Source: an uncultured delta proteobacterium
GTDB taxonomy: Bacteria; Desulfobacterota; Desulfomonilia; Desulfomonilales; Desulfomonilaceae
Reading direction: 5' to 3'
DNA length: 64,000 nucleotides
Assembly (NCBI GenBank): GCA_963789265.1
Contig: CAWBKB010000003.1
Span: 352,001 to 416,000, forward strand
In this document: positions 1 through 10,705 of the stretch, one piece after another
Layout of the letters: the number at the start of each line of letters is the position of its first letter
Numbering within the stretch: the stretch's first letter is position 1
Translations under genes and position numbers: made by a program
Notes under the pieces: generated by a model
Databases searched by the model: none
What the model was told of the DNA's origin: nothing
What the model saw: only the letters and a program-made list of their open reading frames with translations

Positions 1-4
1 TCCC

Positions 5-799
5 TTGACCAGGGATGAAATACCCAACTGGTGCGACGGGGACGCCTGGCTTGGGGGCGGAACGTGGCTTTTCTCTGAACCGCAGCCTGAAGTGCGTCGA
101 CTCGTCGATTTGGATGGGCTTCGCTGGGAACCGCTGCAAGTCAATGAGACAGGTCTCACAATTGCCGCCACGTGCAAAATCGCCCAGCTCTACGGCCTGG
201 CTGTGCCCGCAGAATGGAGCGCGACGCCTCTGATCCGGCAGTGCTGCCAGTCGCTGCTGGCATCGTTCAAGATCTGGAACACTGCTACTGTGGGCGGTAA
301 CATCTGCATGTCCCTGCCGGCCGGCGCGCTAATCTCCCTGACCGCGGCTCTCGAAGGCGTTTGCACGATCTGGCAGCGCGGCGGCGGCGAGCGCCGTGTG
401 GGGGTCGTCGACTTCGTTACCGGCGTTAACGAGAATATACTCGAGCCGGGCGATCTGCTTCGCAGCATCGAATTGCCGGCATCTGCCCTTCAGAAGCGAA
501 CCAGCTTTCGCCGAATGTCGCTGACTCACTTGGGCCGGTCTTCGGTGCTGCTGATCGCCACCTCGGCCCCTGCCGAAGGCAATATGACGCTGACGATCAC
601 CGCTGCTACGGTGAGACCAGTTCAGATCGAGTTTCCCGGGATCCCCGCTGCAGATCAACTTCGAAGCAAGCTTTGCGAAGCTATCCCGGATGCTTTGTAC
701 CTGGATGACGTTCACGGGACGCCTGCTTACCGCAAACATATGACATTCTATTTCGCCGAAGAGATCCGCAGTGAACTCTCGGCCGGGGGTGGCTCATGA
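5..799 (+). CDS. FAD-binding subunit of a xanthine dehydrogenase/CO dehydrogenase-family molybdoenzyme (5' end probably runs off the window)
   Basis: LGGGT and ATVGGNI FAD-binding motifs; C-terminal DVHGTPAYRKH; overlaps the next gene (ATGA). Confidence 0.9.
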   Translation: MTRDEIPNWCDGDAWLGGGTWLFSEPQPEVRRLVDLDGLRWEPLQVNETGLTIAATCKIAQLYGLAVPAEWSATPLIRQCCQSLLASFKIWNTATVGGNICMSLPAGALISLTAALEGVCTIWQRGGGERRVGVVDFVTGVNENILEPGDLLRSIELPASALQKRTSFRRMSLTHLGRSSVLLIATSAPAEGNMTLTITAATVRPVQIEFPGIPAADQLRSKLCEAIPDALYLDDVHGTPAYRKHMTFYFAEEIRSELSAGGGS

Positions 800-3536
800 T
801 TTATCACATCAACGGCAGGACATTCTCCAAGGAACCGCGGCCCGGGCAGTGCCTGCGCACCTTCCTGCGCGACCTGGGGTGGCTCGGAGTCAAGAAGGGA
901 TGCGATGCGGGCGATTGCGGAGCGTGCACAGTCTGGCTCGATGGCGTTCCCGTCCACAGTTGCCTGGTGCCGGCATTTCGCGCCGCGGGCCGACAGGTGA
1001 CGACAATCGAGGGATTGGCCGCCGATGGGGAACTCCATCCCGTGCAGCAGGCGTTTATCGATGCACAGGGTTTCCAGTGTGGTTTCTGTACGGCAGGACT
1101 AACCATGACCGCGGCCAGCCTCAGCGAGGAAGACCGCAAAGACCTGCCTCGCATGCTCAAGGGTAATCTCTGCCGCTGTACCGGATACCACTCGATCGAG
1201 GATGCAATCCGCGGGATCAAGTCGATTGAGGAACCGCAGCCGGGGGAGGCCTTCGGCAGCAGGGTCGCTGCGCCGGCATCCGCAGCAATTGTCATGGGAA
1301 AGGAGCGGTACACCCTTGATGTGCACATGGACGAACTGCTGCACCTGAAACTTCTCCGGTCACCTCACGCGCACGCGCGAATTCTGTCCATTCGCAAGGA
1401 GCGCTCCATGGCGGTGCCCGGCGTCCAAGCGGTCTTCACGTGGGAAGATGTCCCGCGGCGGCTGTTTACCCGGGCCAATCACGACGATTATCACTCCGAT
1501 CCCAACGACACGTACATTCTCGACAACGTGGTCCGTCACGTGGGTCAGAGCGTCGCGGCTGTGGTGGCGGACAGCGTGGGGGCTGCGGAAGAAGGGTGCC
1601 GCCGTCTGGAGGTGGAATATCAATTGCTGCCGGCCGTCTTCGATCCCGATGAAGCGATGAACGTCGGTGCACCTATTCTGCACGACAAGGGTGCGGAGTC
1701 CCGTATCCAGCGTCCGGGCCGAAATATCTTGCTCGAACTCCACGGCGGCGTCGGCGATGTCGAAGCCGCTTTCGCGCAGGCGGATGTCGTCCATGAAGCG
1801 ACCTATTCAACCCCCGCGCTCAGCATGCTCATCTCGAAACGCACTGCACAACCACGTGGATCGACGAAGACCAGCGCCTGAACGTCCGAACCAGCACACA
1901 GACCCCTTTTCTTACCAAGGCAAAACTTTGCTATCTATTCGGCCTCTATCCGGACAGCGTACGCGTGTTCTGCGAGCGAGTGGGCGGAGCCTTTGGCGCG
2001 AAGCAGGAAATGGTGACAGAGGATATTTGCACCCTCGCCACGATCAAGACAGGCAGGCCGGTCCGGTTGGAGTATACCAGGGAGGAGCAATTCTTCGGCG
2101 CCACGACTCGGCATCCGATGAAGATCCAAGTGAAGGTCGGAGCTAAACGCGACGGCACGCTGACCGCTCTCCAGTTACGAATCGTTTCCAACACGGGCGC
2201 CTATGGCACGCACGGCGGTTCCGTGCTCTTCCATTCCACGGGCGAATCGGTGGTGGTTTACCATTGCCCGAACAAGAAGATCGACGCCTACGCTGTTTAC
2301 ACAAACACAGTCCCTGCCGGGGCATTCCGCGGGTACGGGCTGTCGCAGACCATTTTTGCGGTCGAGTCGGCGATGGACGAACTAGCCCAGGGCTTGAACA
2401 TGGATCCCATCGAGTTCCGACATCGCAACGTCATACGTCCTGGCGATCCGATGACGTCGCTGGGCGAGGAGCCACACGACTTGGATTACGGAAGCTATGG
2501 ACTGGACCAGTGCCTCGATCTCGTACGCGACGCTCTCGCCAGAGGTAGTGAGCTATCCGACCCCGAGGGAGACGAGTGGCTTGCAGGGAAGGGTGTCGCA
2601 TTGGCAATGATTGCTTGTACGCCGCCCCTCGAGCATCGTTCCGAGGCGCGTCTCAGCCTTGAGGCGGACGGCAAGTACCGCCTGACAATCGGATCGCCGG
2701 AATTCGGCAACGGTTCAACCACGGTCCGCCACCAGATCGTCGCCACGGTTCTCGGCACTACCCTGGAGAGCGTGTTTTCAATCCAGTCGGACACCGACCG
2801 CGCGGGCTATGACACCGGGCCGTTCGGCAGCGCCGGAACCACCGTGGCCGGAAAGGCGGTGCACCAGGCGGCAGAATCGCTCCGGGACAGCATATTGGAT
2901 TTCGCAGCCCGGCATTGCGGTACCAGCCGCGATAAATGCCGGCTGGAATCGGACGCGGTGGTTTGCGATGGCACCCGAATCGGGCTGGTGGATCTTCACA
3001 ACGCGGCACGGCAGGCGGGGCAGTATCTGCGAGTCGTGCGCAAAGCCTATGGAACCCCGCGCACCGTGGGTTTCAACGTGCATGGTTTCCGGATAGCAGT
3101 CCATCGAGTTACCGGGGAAATCAAGATCCTCCAGAGCGTTCAAGCAGTCGATGCCGGCGTTGTGATCAATCCGCGGCAGCTCCTAGGGCAAGTCGAAGGC
3201 GGTATTGCCCAAGGATTGGGATGGGCCCTTTACGAAAAACTGGTTTTCGACCAGGAGGGACGAGTCGTAAACCCGACATTCAGGCAGTACCGCATACCGG
3301 CTTATGCCGACGTCCCACGCAGCGAGGTCTATTTTGCCCGGACAACGGATGTCTTCGGCCCCTTGGGTGCAAAAAGCATGAGCGAAGCGCCGATTAATCC
3401 AGTAGCCCCCGCGCTGGCTAATGCTCTGGCCGACGCCACCGGTATCCGCTTTCGTGATCTTCCCCTGGCACCCGATCGCATTTACCGGGTCATCTTCGAG
3501 AACCACCCACCGCCCCGCGACGGTGAGCACGATTAA
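796..3536 (+). CDS. Fused 2Fe-2S plus molybdopterin-binding subunit, xanthine dehydrogenase family; apparent 1-nt frameshift near 1811-1815
   Basis: GCDAGDCGAC, QCGFC and NLCRCTGY Fe-S motifs; GGAFGAK, AFRGYG and GQVEGG Moco motifs. Adding one C to the C5 run gives TYSTPRAQHAHLETH...VRVFCERVGG and joins ORFs 796-1881 and 1965-3536. Confidence 0.88.
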
Positions 3537-3724
3537 CCGACATAGCCTCGCGCCTGATGGGTAAGCCACGGAACGCGGGCGAGACGACGAAACGGCCGTC
3601 CCGGCATCACATCGCTATGGCCGATGAAGCCCTCGGCGTTAAGCAGAAGAAGGTCTGCTGCCGCCGATGGGTTCCGTTATGTGATGAGGACAGCCTGCAG
3701 TCAGTTGTTCCGGCGTTCCGCTCA

Positions 3725-4168
3725 TCAGGTCGTTGGCTGGACCCCATAACGTTCCAGCATGCTCTTCCCATGCAACAATACGAAAAAAGCTTTTCCTTGA
3801 TTGCGCCAGAACTCGCTAGATTCCTTGAAGATATCAAGGGCGATTTCGAATTCACGTGGCGAACCCTCCGCCAGGGAGTCAAAATGATCGTAAAGGATCA
3901 CGAATCCACCTGTTTCATGCCATGACATGTCGGTGAGACAGTCTGCAAACGCGTCCCAGTTGTTCCCGAAGTATTCAGGGAAGCGAAGAACCAGCGCGGT
4001 TTGTTGCAAGAATTGATCCTTGTCTCTAACATCTTGGCCTTCAATGTGGAAAAATGCCAAACCTCGTTCTCTGCTGATTTTTTCAAGGTGTGTCACCGAT
4101 GGCGATTCTTGCAGCAGATAGACTCCTGATGTTGCGGGATCTTTGAGCATATCGCAAAGCTTGTTCAA
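3725..4168 (-). CDS. Barstar family ribonuclease inhibitor
   Basis: FPEYFGNNWDAFADCLTD barstar signature; directly downstream of an RNase gene. Confidence 0.9.
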   Translation of the reverse strand: MNKLCDMLKDPATSGVYLLQESPSVTHLEKISRERGLAFFHIEGQDVRDKDQFLQQTALVLRFPEYFGNNWDAFADCLTDMSWHETGGFVILYDHFDSLAEGSPREFEIALDIFKESSEFWRNQGKAFFVLLHGKSMLERYGVQPTT

Positions 4169-4171
4169 TGC

Positions 4172-4591
4172 TTACTCCTTGATCGGCTTGAATGTCCTGT
4201 AATGATCATCGGTATAGTAGAATTCGCCCCTTGATCCGGCAATGATCCGACGAGCACCCCTGTCCCGTCTACCGGGAGTTTTCACGGTGTATTCCCGGTA
4301 GTATCCTCGCCTGTGCGGAGGGAGCCGCCTCTCCCGATTGCTGAAAGTAATACCGTCCCTGGGATAAGGGAAAGGGCCGCCTTGTTTGATGAGAGTGAGA
4401 GTGTGCCTGGCTTCAGGAGGCAGGCTGGATATCGAGACGGTCGGCAATCCCCCGAGGTGGGTCTGATCACGGCTCACGGAATAAGCCGGCAAGGAATGGC
4501 TCATGCCACTGTCAGCTTGGGAGACCCCCCAGAGCCCTAGTCCAAGCAACAGGGAAATAAGGAAAATGAATCGTTTGGGAAGACCGAGCAT
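4172..4591 (-). CDS. Secreted guanyl-specific ribonuclease (RNase Sa/barnase family)
   Basis: GGPFPYPRDG, FSNRE, YYREYTV, RGARRII and YYTDDHY motifs; hydrophobic signal peptide after the ATG at 4591 (alternative start 4654). Confidence 0.9.
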   Translation of the reverse strand: MLGLPKRFIFLISLLLGLGLWGVSQADSGMSHSLPAYSVSRDQTHLGGLPTVSISSLPPEARHTLTLIKQGGPFPYPRDGITFSNRERRLPPHRRGYYREYTVKTPGRRDRGARRIIAGSRGEFYYTDDHYRTFKPIKE

Positions 4592-5200
4592 TGTGTGTCC
4601 TTTGGCCCGTCCCGGCCTGTATGCGCATTTGATTTGCGTTTGTTTAGGCTCCACTCTTGATCGAGGACGATCTTAATGTGAAACCGGGCTCATTCTCATT
4701 ACCGCACTGCCAACCAAGGTCCCACGCCAATCATGTCTCATCTGACCCTATTTCGGCTGGGAGCCCTCGGCCAAGTCTCCTATTAAATAACAGAACTCTC
4801 CTTCAAAAGTGAATATTTCCATGAGTGTGTACCTGTCGGCTCCTTGAAGCCTTGTGGACCGGCTCGCGTCTTCTTCGCCCGAGTCCCGAAGGAGCTCAGT
4901 GACACCAGGGTTTAGGTCGGTTAAGATAGTGGACACGGCCGTGACTACTGTTCCTGGTTCAACCGGGACGGATTGACGAGCCCACGTGTCGTCGGATCCT
5001 GACACGGGCTGGATAGGATTTTGTGAACCGACCGATGCAAAAGGGGCTGAGAGTTTTTCTCGTTATCATTTCGAAAGGAGTGAAATCGTCTATGGGATAA
5101 GTTCAGACCGCTTGGAAAAACGAGGCAGCATTAGCATGGCCCTGCGAAAAGGAGGTCTTCAACGAAATGTCAACATCTAGTAGATGAGGTCGATGGCATC

Positions 5201-6261
5201 ATGAAAAAAGGGCGGCACGGAGGAGATCTCGAGTACTATGCAAGCATGAGCGGCATGCGAAGCGGGGAGATACTGGATTTCTCGGCGAACATAAACCCGC
5301 TCGGCACACCGGAGTGGTTTGACGATGTGGTGAATTCGGCCCTGAAATCTGTACTCCATTATCCCGATCCGCGGTACGCGAAGTTAGTCTCAGCCATCGC
5401 CACCCGGTACAATGTGGAAATAGATCAGGTAGTTGTGGGAAACGGCTCCACGGAAATTCTCTACCTCCTCCCGAGAGCGTTGAATCCGCTACGGGCGCTG
5501 ATTCCAGTTCCTGCCTACGTTGATTACAAGACGAGCGCCGTGGCAGCGGGACTTGAGGTCCTGCCAATTACCTTGGAGGAAGATGATTCTTTTATGCTCG
5601 ACCCTGCCAGGCTTGAATCTGCGCTTCACGGGGGGGAACTCGTTTATCTTTGCCTACCGAACAATCCAACGGGTCTCCTGTTTGATACCGATGCCCTCAG
5701 AGCAGTTGGCGCGAGGCATCCAACTACAATGTTCATGGTGGATGAAGCTTACGGAGACTTTGTGGAGGGGATGCCCTCCTTCACGAAGGATCGACCTCAT
5801 AATGTCGTCGTCCTGCTCTCTTTGACAAAGAACTTCGCTATTCCAGGACTGCGCCTGGGTTGTGGAATCGGTGACCGACAATTGGCGGATCGGATCAAGA
5901 AAATACAACCCCCCTGGACAGTCAATGCCATGCCCAGGCCGTGGGAGAGGCAGCGTTGCAAGACAAGGATTGGACTGAACGAAGCCGGGTGTACCTGAAA
6001 AATCAGCGGGAGAAGATGGTTTCGCTTCTCAGATCCGTACCATCCCTGACTGTGTATCCCGGCGAGGCCAACTTCCTTCTGATCCGCATCGATCGCTCGG
6101 ATATTGACGCAGAAACACTTTGGCGGCGAATGCTGCACCAGAACATAGCGATCCGGGTCTGTTCCAATTTTGATGGATTGGACAACCGTTTCTTTCGCAT
6201 TGCGGTGAGGACCGAGCAAGAGAACCGGCAAATGCTGAAATCTCTTGAGGCGGCTATGTAG
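5201..6261 (+). CDS. cobD: Threonine-phosphate decarboxylase (PLP-dependent); apparent 1-nt frameshift near 5931
   Basis: HGGD, DFSANINPLG, PNNPTG, DEAY and SLTKNFAIPGLRLG motifs; adding one G gives VNAMAQAVGEAAL and joins ORFs 5201-5998 and 5941-6261. Confidence 0.85.
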
Positions 6262-6276
6262 GAAAGGGGTTAGCGG

Positions 6277-7668
6277 CTAATCGGAACATATATAGTCGTC
6301 AATCCGCAAGCGGGAAACAATAAAGGGTCGCTTACCGCTGTTGATCACAGGCACGTCCTCCACCTCTTCGATCAAAATTTTCATGTCCGGAGATTGCAAG
6401 CACTTGCGGATTTCGTTGACCAGGAATCTCTTCTTATCAACGGGAAACTGCTTCCACGGCACTATATTCACGACCAAAGTCTTGAGATCTTCCTGAATGA
6501 TCTGTACGGCATTTAAACCCTCAATGTGACGAAAGGGGTGAGTCATTGACGATACCGATACAAATCGCCTCTCAGGTGTGACCACGATGTCACCCTGTCG
6601 TCCTTCAATTCCCGATAGAACAGGGTGATTCCTGCCGCAACAAGACGACTTCGCCTCGCCCGCTGCCAAGTCTCCAGTTCGGTACCTTATAAACGGCATG
6701 GCGAAATTATGGAGAGAGGTCCCCACGATCTCAAATTCACCCGGTTCAGCGGGTATCAGTTCCACCACATTCTGTTCCATTTGAATGTGGTAACCTTGAG
6801 CCTTTGCGCACTGAAAAGCCTCGGCGACCAATTCTTTTTGCCCGTAATGGGCGATCACCGGAACGTCAAGCACTTTCTCGGCTAATTCCTTGATGTCGGG
6901 ATAAAGCGCTTCGGAAGAAGTTATGACATATTTTAGCGGCGGGATGCTCTTGTTGTTGGCCTCCATCCATCGAGTGAGGATGTAGAGCGAGGACGGAAAG
7001 GCTTGGAGAAACGCGGGCTTGAATTTTTGAAGCGTCACCACGATTCGTTCAAGTGCCTGGCGGGCGACACTTCGAGCACTGAGTTTTAGGATTCTCGAGG
7101 TGGGGGAATAGCTGTAATCTTGATCTGAGTTGGCAAAAATGTCCGACTTGAATTGGGCGATTACATCCTTGGGCTCGTAGCCGAGCCAATAAAGATGGCG
7201 TCTCAGAAGAGCCCTTTCAAAGGCACGTGCTTCGGTGCTTATCAGGAAATCAAGTGGCGCTCCCGTCGAACCGCTTGTCTCCACTAGTTCTCTCCGCGCC
7301 TGTCCGATATTAACGGCCAAAAGGTCTCGTTTCCTTTCCCGCACTATCTCCTTTGTAAGAAAAGGGAGCTTTTGGAGGTCCTGAACCGTCACAATGTCTT
7401 GTGGAGTGAGAGAAGCCTTTCGGAATACCTCTCGATAATACGGTACGTTTTCATAGCAATGGTGGATCAATTTCCTCAGCCGCCATTCTTGGTAGCTTTC
7501 AAGACTTTGTAAATCCCACTCATTGCTGTACCGAAATAGAGCTAAAGCCTCCCTGTAGGCCCTGCCGTAGCGCATTGAAGGCGGGAGCAGCCGATACGTG
7601 GCTTTGGAGAAATCTTCCCAACGCGCGGGCATGATCCGCAGCATTTTTTTCAGATAACCTCTAATCAT
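6277..7668 (-). CDS. Phenylacetate-CoA ligase/CapK-like adenylate-forming enzyme
   Basis: ETSGSTGAP, YGQKE, IRYRTGD and SGK ANL-type motifs. Confidence 0.85.
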   Translation of the reverse strand: MIRGYLKKMLRIMPARWEDFSKATYRLLPPSMRYGRAYREALALFRYSNEWDLQSLESYQEWRLRKLIHHCYENVPYYREVFRKASLTPQDIVTVQDLQKLPFLTKEIVRERKRDLLAVNIGQARRELVETSGSTGAPLDFLISTEARAFERALLRRHLYWLGYEPKDVIAQFKSDIFANSDQDYSYSPTSRILKLSARSVARQALERIVVTLQKFKPAFLQAFPSSLYILTRWMEANNKSIPPLKYVITSSEALYPDIKELAEKVLDVPVIAHYGQKELVAEAFQCAKAQGYHIQMEQNVVELIPAEPGEFEIVGTSLHNFAMPFIRYRTGDLAAGEAKSSCCGRNHPVLSGIEGRQGDIVVTPERRFVSVSSMTHPFRHIEGLNAVQIIQEDLKTLVVNIVPWKQFPVDKKRFLVNEIRKCLQSPDMKILIEEVEDVPVINSGKRPFIVSRLRIDDYICSD

Positions 7669-7878
7669 GCCTCACCCCTGTGGCCACTTTAATAGTTATA
7701 CCTAACCGGCGGCCTGTCAAGGCGAACACAGTAACCTTATCGGAAGGACAAGACGGGTTTGGTGTTTCTTGTAGCAATTGCTCCGGCGACCGGGATTTAT
7801 CACATGATAATAATGGGTTATCATGCCGGGACGGACTCTGTCTCCACGGCCAACAGTGTCCATCCGGGACCGAGCTTC

Positions 7879-9301
7879 TCACAACGAAGAGATTTCCAGC
7901 GTCGTAGAAGTCCCGGCGTCCCATCCATCCCATAGAAAGGCGTTTTCCCTCCCGTCGGCAATGAGCCGCATAGCGTACCGGACCTGCTCCTCGTACAATT
8001 CACAAAAAGCCCCGGGTTTGTTCATCCCTCCATTCATTTCATAGGCTTCCGCAGGACATGGGGAACCGCAAAAATGCCGTACCGCGCAAGCAGAACACGG
8101 CGTGATCTCTTCTACTTTCCTGCCGGTGACAGCCCTGAAAGCGTCTGTTTCCAAAACTTCGGATATATTGTCTCGGAAAAGATTCCCTCCCTTGAACCCC
8201 GGTAATCCCACGAACTCACTGCACGGGAACAGATCTCCTCTCGCTCCTACTGCGAAGAAACATCTTCCCCCGCCACATGGCGAAATGTCGCACATCAGAC
8301 GCCGAGCCAGAGGCGCGACTATGCTGATTAGAACATTGGCGAAATTGGCTATCACCAGTTTCCGCCCGGTCCGTTGATAAAGTTCATAGGTTCGATCAAG
8401 GGCCTTGAAATAAGTAGTAGCTAATTCAGCGTCCCTTGGCTTGATGTCTCGAGCCCCTTGTCTCGTGCATCTCACGGGGTTGAGCATCCCCATTGGAACT
8501 TCCATTTCGTGAAGGAAGTTTACGATGTCGGTTAAGGATTCCATGTTCTGGGTCGTGACTGTACAGATCACATTGTAATTCGAGTAGCCCTTCAACCTCT
8601 CAAGCGTGACGACTACCTTCTTGAAGAATCCTTCACCCGCCCAATTCTTCCTCGTCCGGTTTGCTATACTCTCTTCATGACCGTCCAGCGAAAGCCCTAT
8701 CCCTATATTCCGAGAGACGAGGAACTCGATAGACTCGGCGTCTAGGAGCGTACCGTTGGTTCTGGATGCCGAAACTGAAATCATCTATGTATTTCGTGAT
8801 ACCGGCAAAGAGTGCATCGCGGGCAAGCATAGGTTCTGAACCGTGGAAAACCACCTGGGGAAGCCTTCCTTCAGGCAAAGTGGTTCCGAAGTATTCCTTG
8901 AGGATGCCTAGTGCTGTGATAAGTTCTTCCTCAGACATTTGACCGCCGTTTCGGCGCATGTCTTCCGGGATATAGCAATATGAGCAGTTGAGGTTGCATC
9001 GTTCCGTGGGATTGAAATAAACCGCGGAAGGTTTTAGGCCGAACCGAAGCAATTCCATTTCTCGTGTAAAGTCCTCTCGTTTCTTGCCAAACTCCTGCAG
9101 TAGAGAGCTGGACCTGTCAAGGGCTTCGCTGATCTTCTCCTTTTTCAGGAGAGACCAAAACGCGGTGTCGGGATCCACGAGGGCAACGTAGTTCGGGTGT
9201 TCGATGTCGATGAGTTGGATGGTAGGCCCATTGCCTGAGTTGAAATAATGACCGCGGGATGAGGCCAATGTGGCCTCCGCTTTGCTTATGTCCATGAACA
9301 T
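7879..9301 (-). CDS. cbpB: Peptide-modifying radical SAM/SPASM enzyme; apparent 1-nt frameshift near 8760
   Basis: CNLNCSYC radical SAM motif, FHGSEP, SPASM cysteines (CDISPCGGGRC, FPCSEF, CSACAVRHFCGSPCPA); removing one A restores GIQTNGTLL; lies downstream of a CbpA-like peptide and a B12 riboswitch. Confidence 0.85.
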
Positions 9302-9381
9302 GTCTCCTACAAAAAGATTGTTTACTCTTCCTATGGGCGGGGGTGATGGATTGCTCCATACCCCCGCCGGGGCTGAGAGGT

Positions 9382-9471
9382 TTACTTGGCCTTGGCCACC
9401 GTGAGAATGTAGTGAGACAACCCGGTTCCATCGGCCGCGCAGGTCTTGCGATAGGCTATGATGTCCTTCAC
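9382..9471 (-). CDS. cbpA: 29-aa modified-peptide precursor MKDIIAYRKTCAADGTGLSHYILTVAKAK (absent from the ORF track)
   Basis: GTG start with AAGGAGGT RBS; IAYRKxC..GTGLSHYIL is the CbpA-type signature; directly upstream of the radical SAM gene. Confidence 0.88.
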   Translation of the reverse strand: MKDIIAYRKTCAADGTGLSHYILTVAKAK

Positions 9472-9502
9472 TTCTTCATCACCTCCTTTCTTCGCTGCGA
9501 AA

Positions 9503-9537
9503 TAAAAAAACCCTGACACCCAAAAGGTGCAGGGTTC
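9503..9537 (-). terminator. Intrinsic terminator, probable expression platform of the riboswitch
   Basis: Minus strand AACCCTGCACC-TTTTG-GGTGTCAGGGTT followed by a T-tract, between riboswitch and cbpA. Confidence 0.75.
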
Positions 9538-9564
9538 TACTTTTGCCATTCGACTTACCCTAGC

Positions 9565-9715
9565 CTAAACGCCCGTCTTCTGGCTTTCGGGTTATCCTCC
9601 GCCTGCCCTTCCCATCCGGTTTAGACCGGACAGTGGCTATGCAGGCTTCGTAACCGATTACAGCGGCGGGACCGCCACGGATTTACACCGTGTTCCGATA
9701 GCGTCCAGACTTTGT
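9565..9715 (-). promoter_or_regulatory. Cobalamin riboswitch
   Basis: Minus strand GGAACACGGTGTAAATCCGTGGCGGTCCCGCCGCTGTAA...GCCACTG...TGGGAAGG...AAGCCAGAAGAC (B12 box); boundaries approximate. Confidence 0.92.
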
Positions 9716-9765
9716 GCTGCATATTTAGCATTAAGCCGGTTCGGGCTGTCAAGGAAAAAGTCGCC

Positions 9766-9923
9766 CGCGAGGTAATCCCTTAGTTATGGGCGGTAAAAGA
9801 ATGTCATTGCGAGCGGAGCGAAGCAATCTTTTCTTCTAACTACCTAGATTGCTTAGTCGTTTCACTCCTCGCAATGACAGGGAACTGACTTTTGCCCCGC
9901 GTAACTGAATGGTTACCCCGCGA
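9766..9923. repeat. Palindromic repeat family A (TGTCATTGCGAG...CTCGCAATGACA core, 9802-9879) inside an outer imperfect inverted repeat
   Basis: Core nearly identical to the copy at ~43730-43810 and related to ~19241-19325. Confidence 0.8.
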
Positions 9924-10006
9924 GGACCATCGGGTTGGGTTGGCTTCCGTTGCGGCTCTCTCGCCGAGAAATTATTATTATAGAGCAAGTCTGAAAGGTG
10001 AATTAC

Positions 10007-10696
10007 ATGTCATCAGAGATTTCGACGCGGCGAATCGTAGTCCAGTCAGTGATTTGGTTCGGGTTTATGTTCGTTTGTCTGTTTGGGTGTGCGGGGACTT
10101 TCATCTGGCCTGAAGCCTGGTTTTACATCTTCATACAGACCTCGTCCTCCGCAGTCATGGTCGTTTGGCTCAGGAAACACAACCCCGAACTTCTAAAGGT
10201 GCGTATGGAGCTATGGAAACGAATGGCAAAACCCTGGGACAAAGCCATCGTGGTACTTTTTATTGCTGATTCCATACCTCTGTTTGTCCTTCCCGGCTTG
10301 GACGCTATAAGATACCAGTGGTCGCACGTGCCGCTACCAATCAAAATACTTGGATTTGCCGTAATGCTCGTCTCATCCGGTTTGATTTTTTGGGTATTAA
10401 AGACGAATCCTTATTCCTCGGCAGCCGTCGAAGTCCAAAGAGAACGCGGTCACAAGCCAATCACAACGGGACCCTACCGATTCGTCCGCCACCCAATGTA
10501 CGTGGGCGCCATATTGTGGTTTATTTCTACCCCCTTGGCTCTTGGTTCTCTCATCACACTCATACCCGCCACAATTCTTGCCGCGTTGATCGTGCTGCGG
10601 ACCTACCTGGAAGACAAAACTTTGCATGAGGAACTGGAGGGTTATGCGGCTTATACGCAAACGGTGAAGTACCGGCTGATACCGGGCATCTGGTAG
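10007..10696 (+). CDS. Isoprenylcysteine carboxylmethyltransferase family membrane protein
   Basis: ITTGPYRFVRHPMY and RTYLEDKTL...Y...VKYRLIPGIW motifs; several TM helices. Confidence 0.88.
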   Translation: MSSEISTRRIVVQSVIWFGFMFVCLFGCAGTFIWPEAWFYIFIQTSSSAVMVVWLRKHNPELLKVRMELWKRMAKPWDKAIVVLFIADSIPLFVLPGLDAIRYQWSHVPLPIKILGFAVMLVSSGLIFWVLKTNPYSSAAVEVQRERGHKPITTGPYRFVRHPMYVGAILWFISTPLALGSLITLIPATILAALIVLRTYLEDKTLHEELEGYAAYTQTVKYRLIPGIW

Positions 10697-10705
10697 TTTA
10701 TGGAG

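Noticed and set aside
1811..1815. Programmed ribosomal frameshifting in the split genes
   Set aside because: No consistent slippery heptamer or stimulator, mixed +1 and -1 directions, and families not known for recoding
4748..5005. 85-aa minus-strand ORF
   Set aside because: No recognisable motif or RBS; overlaps the predicted RNA structure
4832..5200. Cobalamin riboswitch upstream of cobD
   Set aside because: No B12 box or GCCACTG/GGGAAG elements like those at 9565-9715; kept only as an unknown structured RNA
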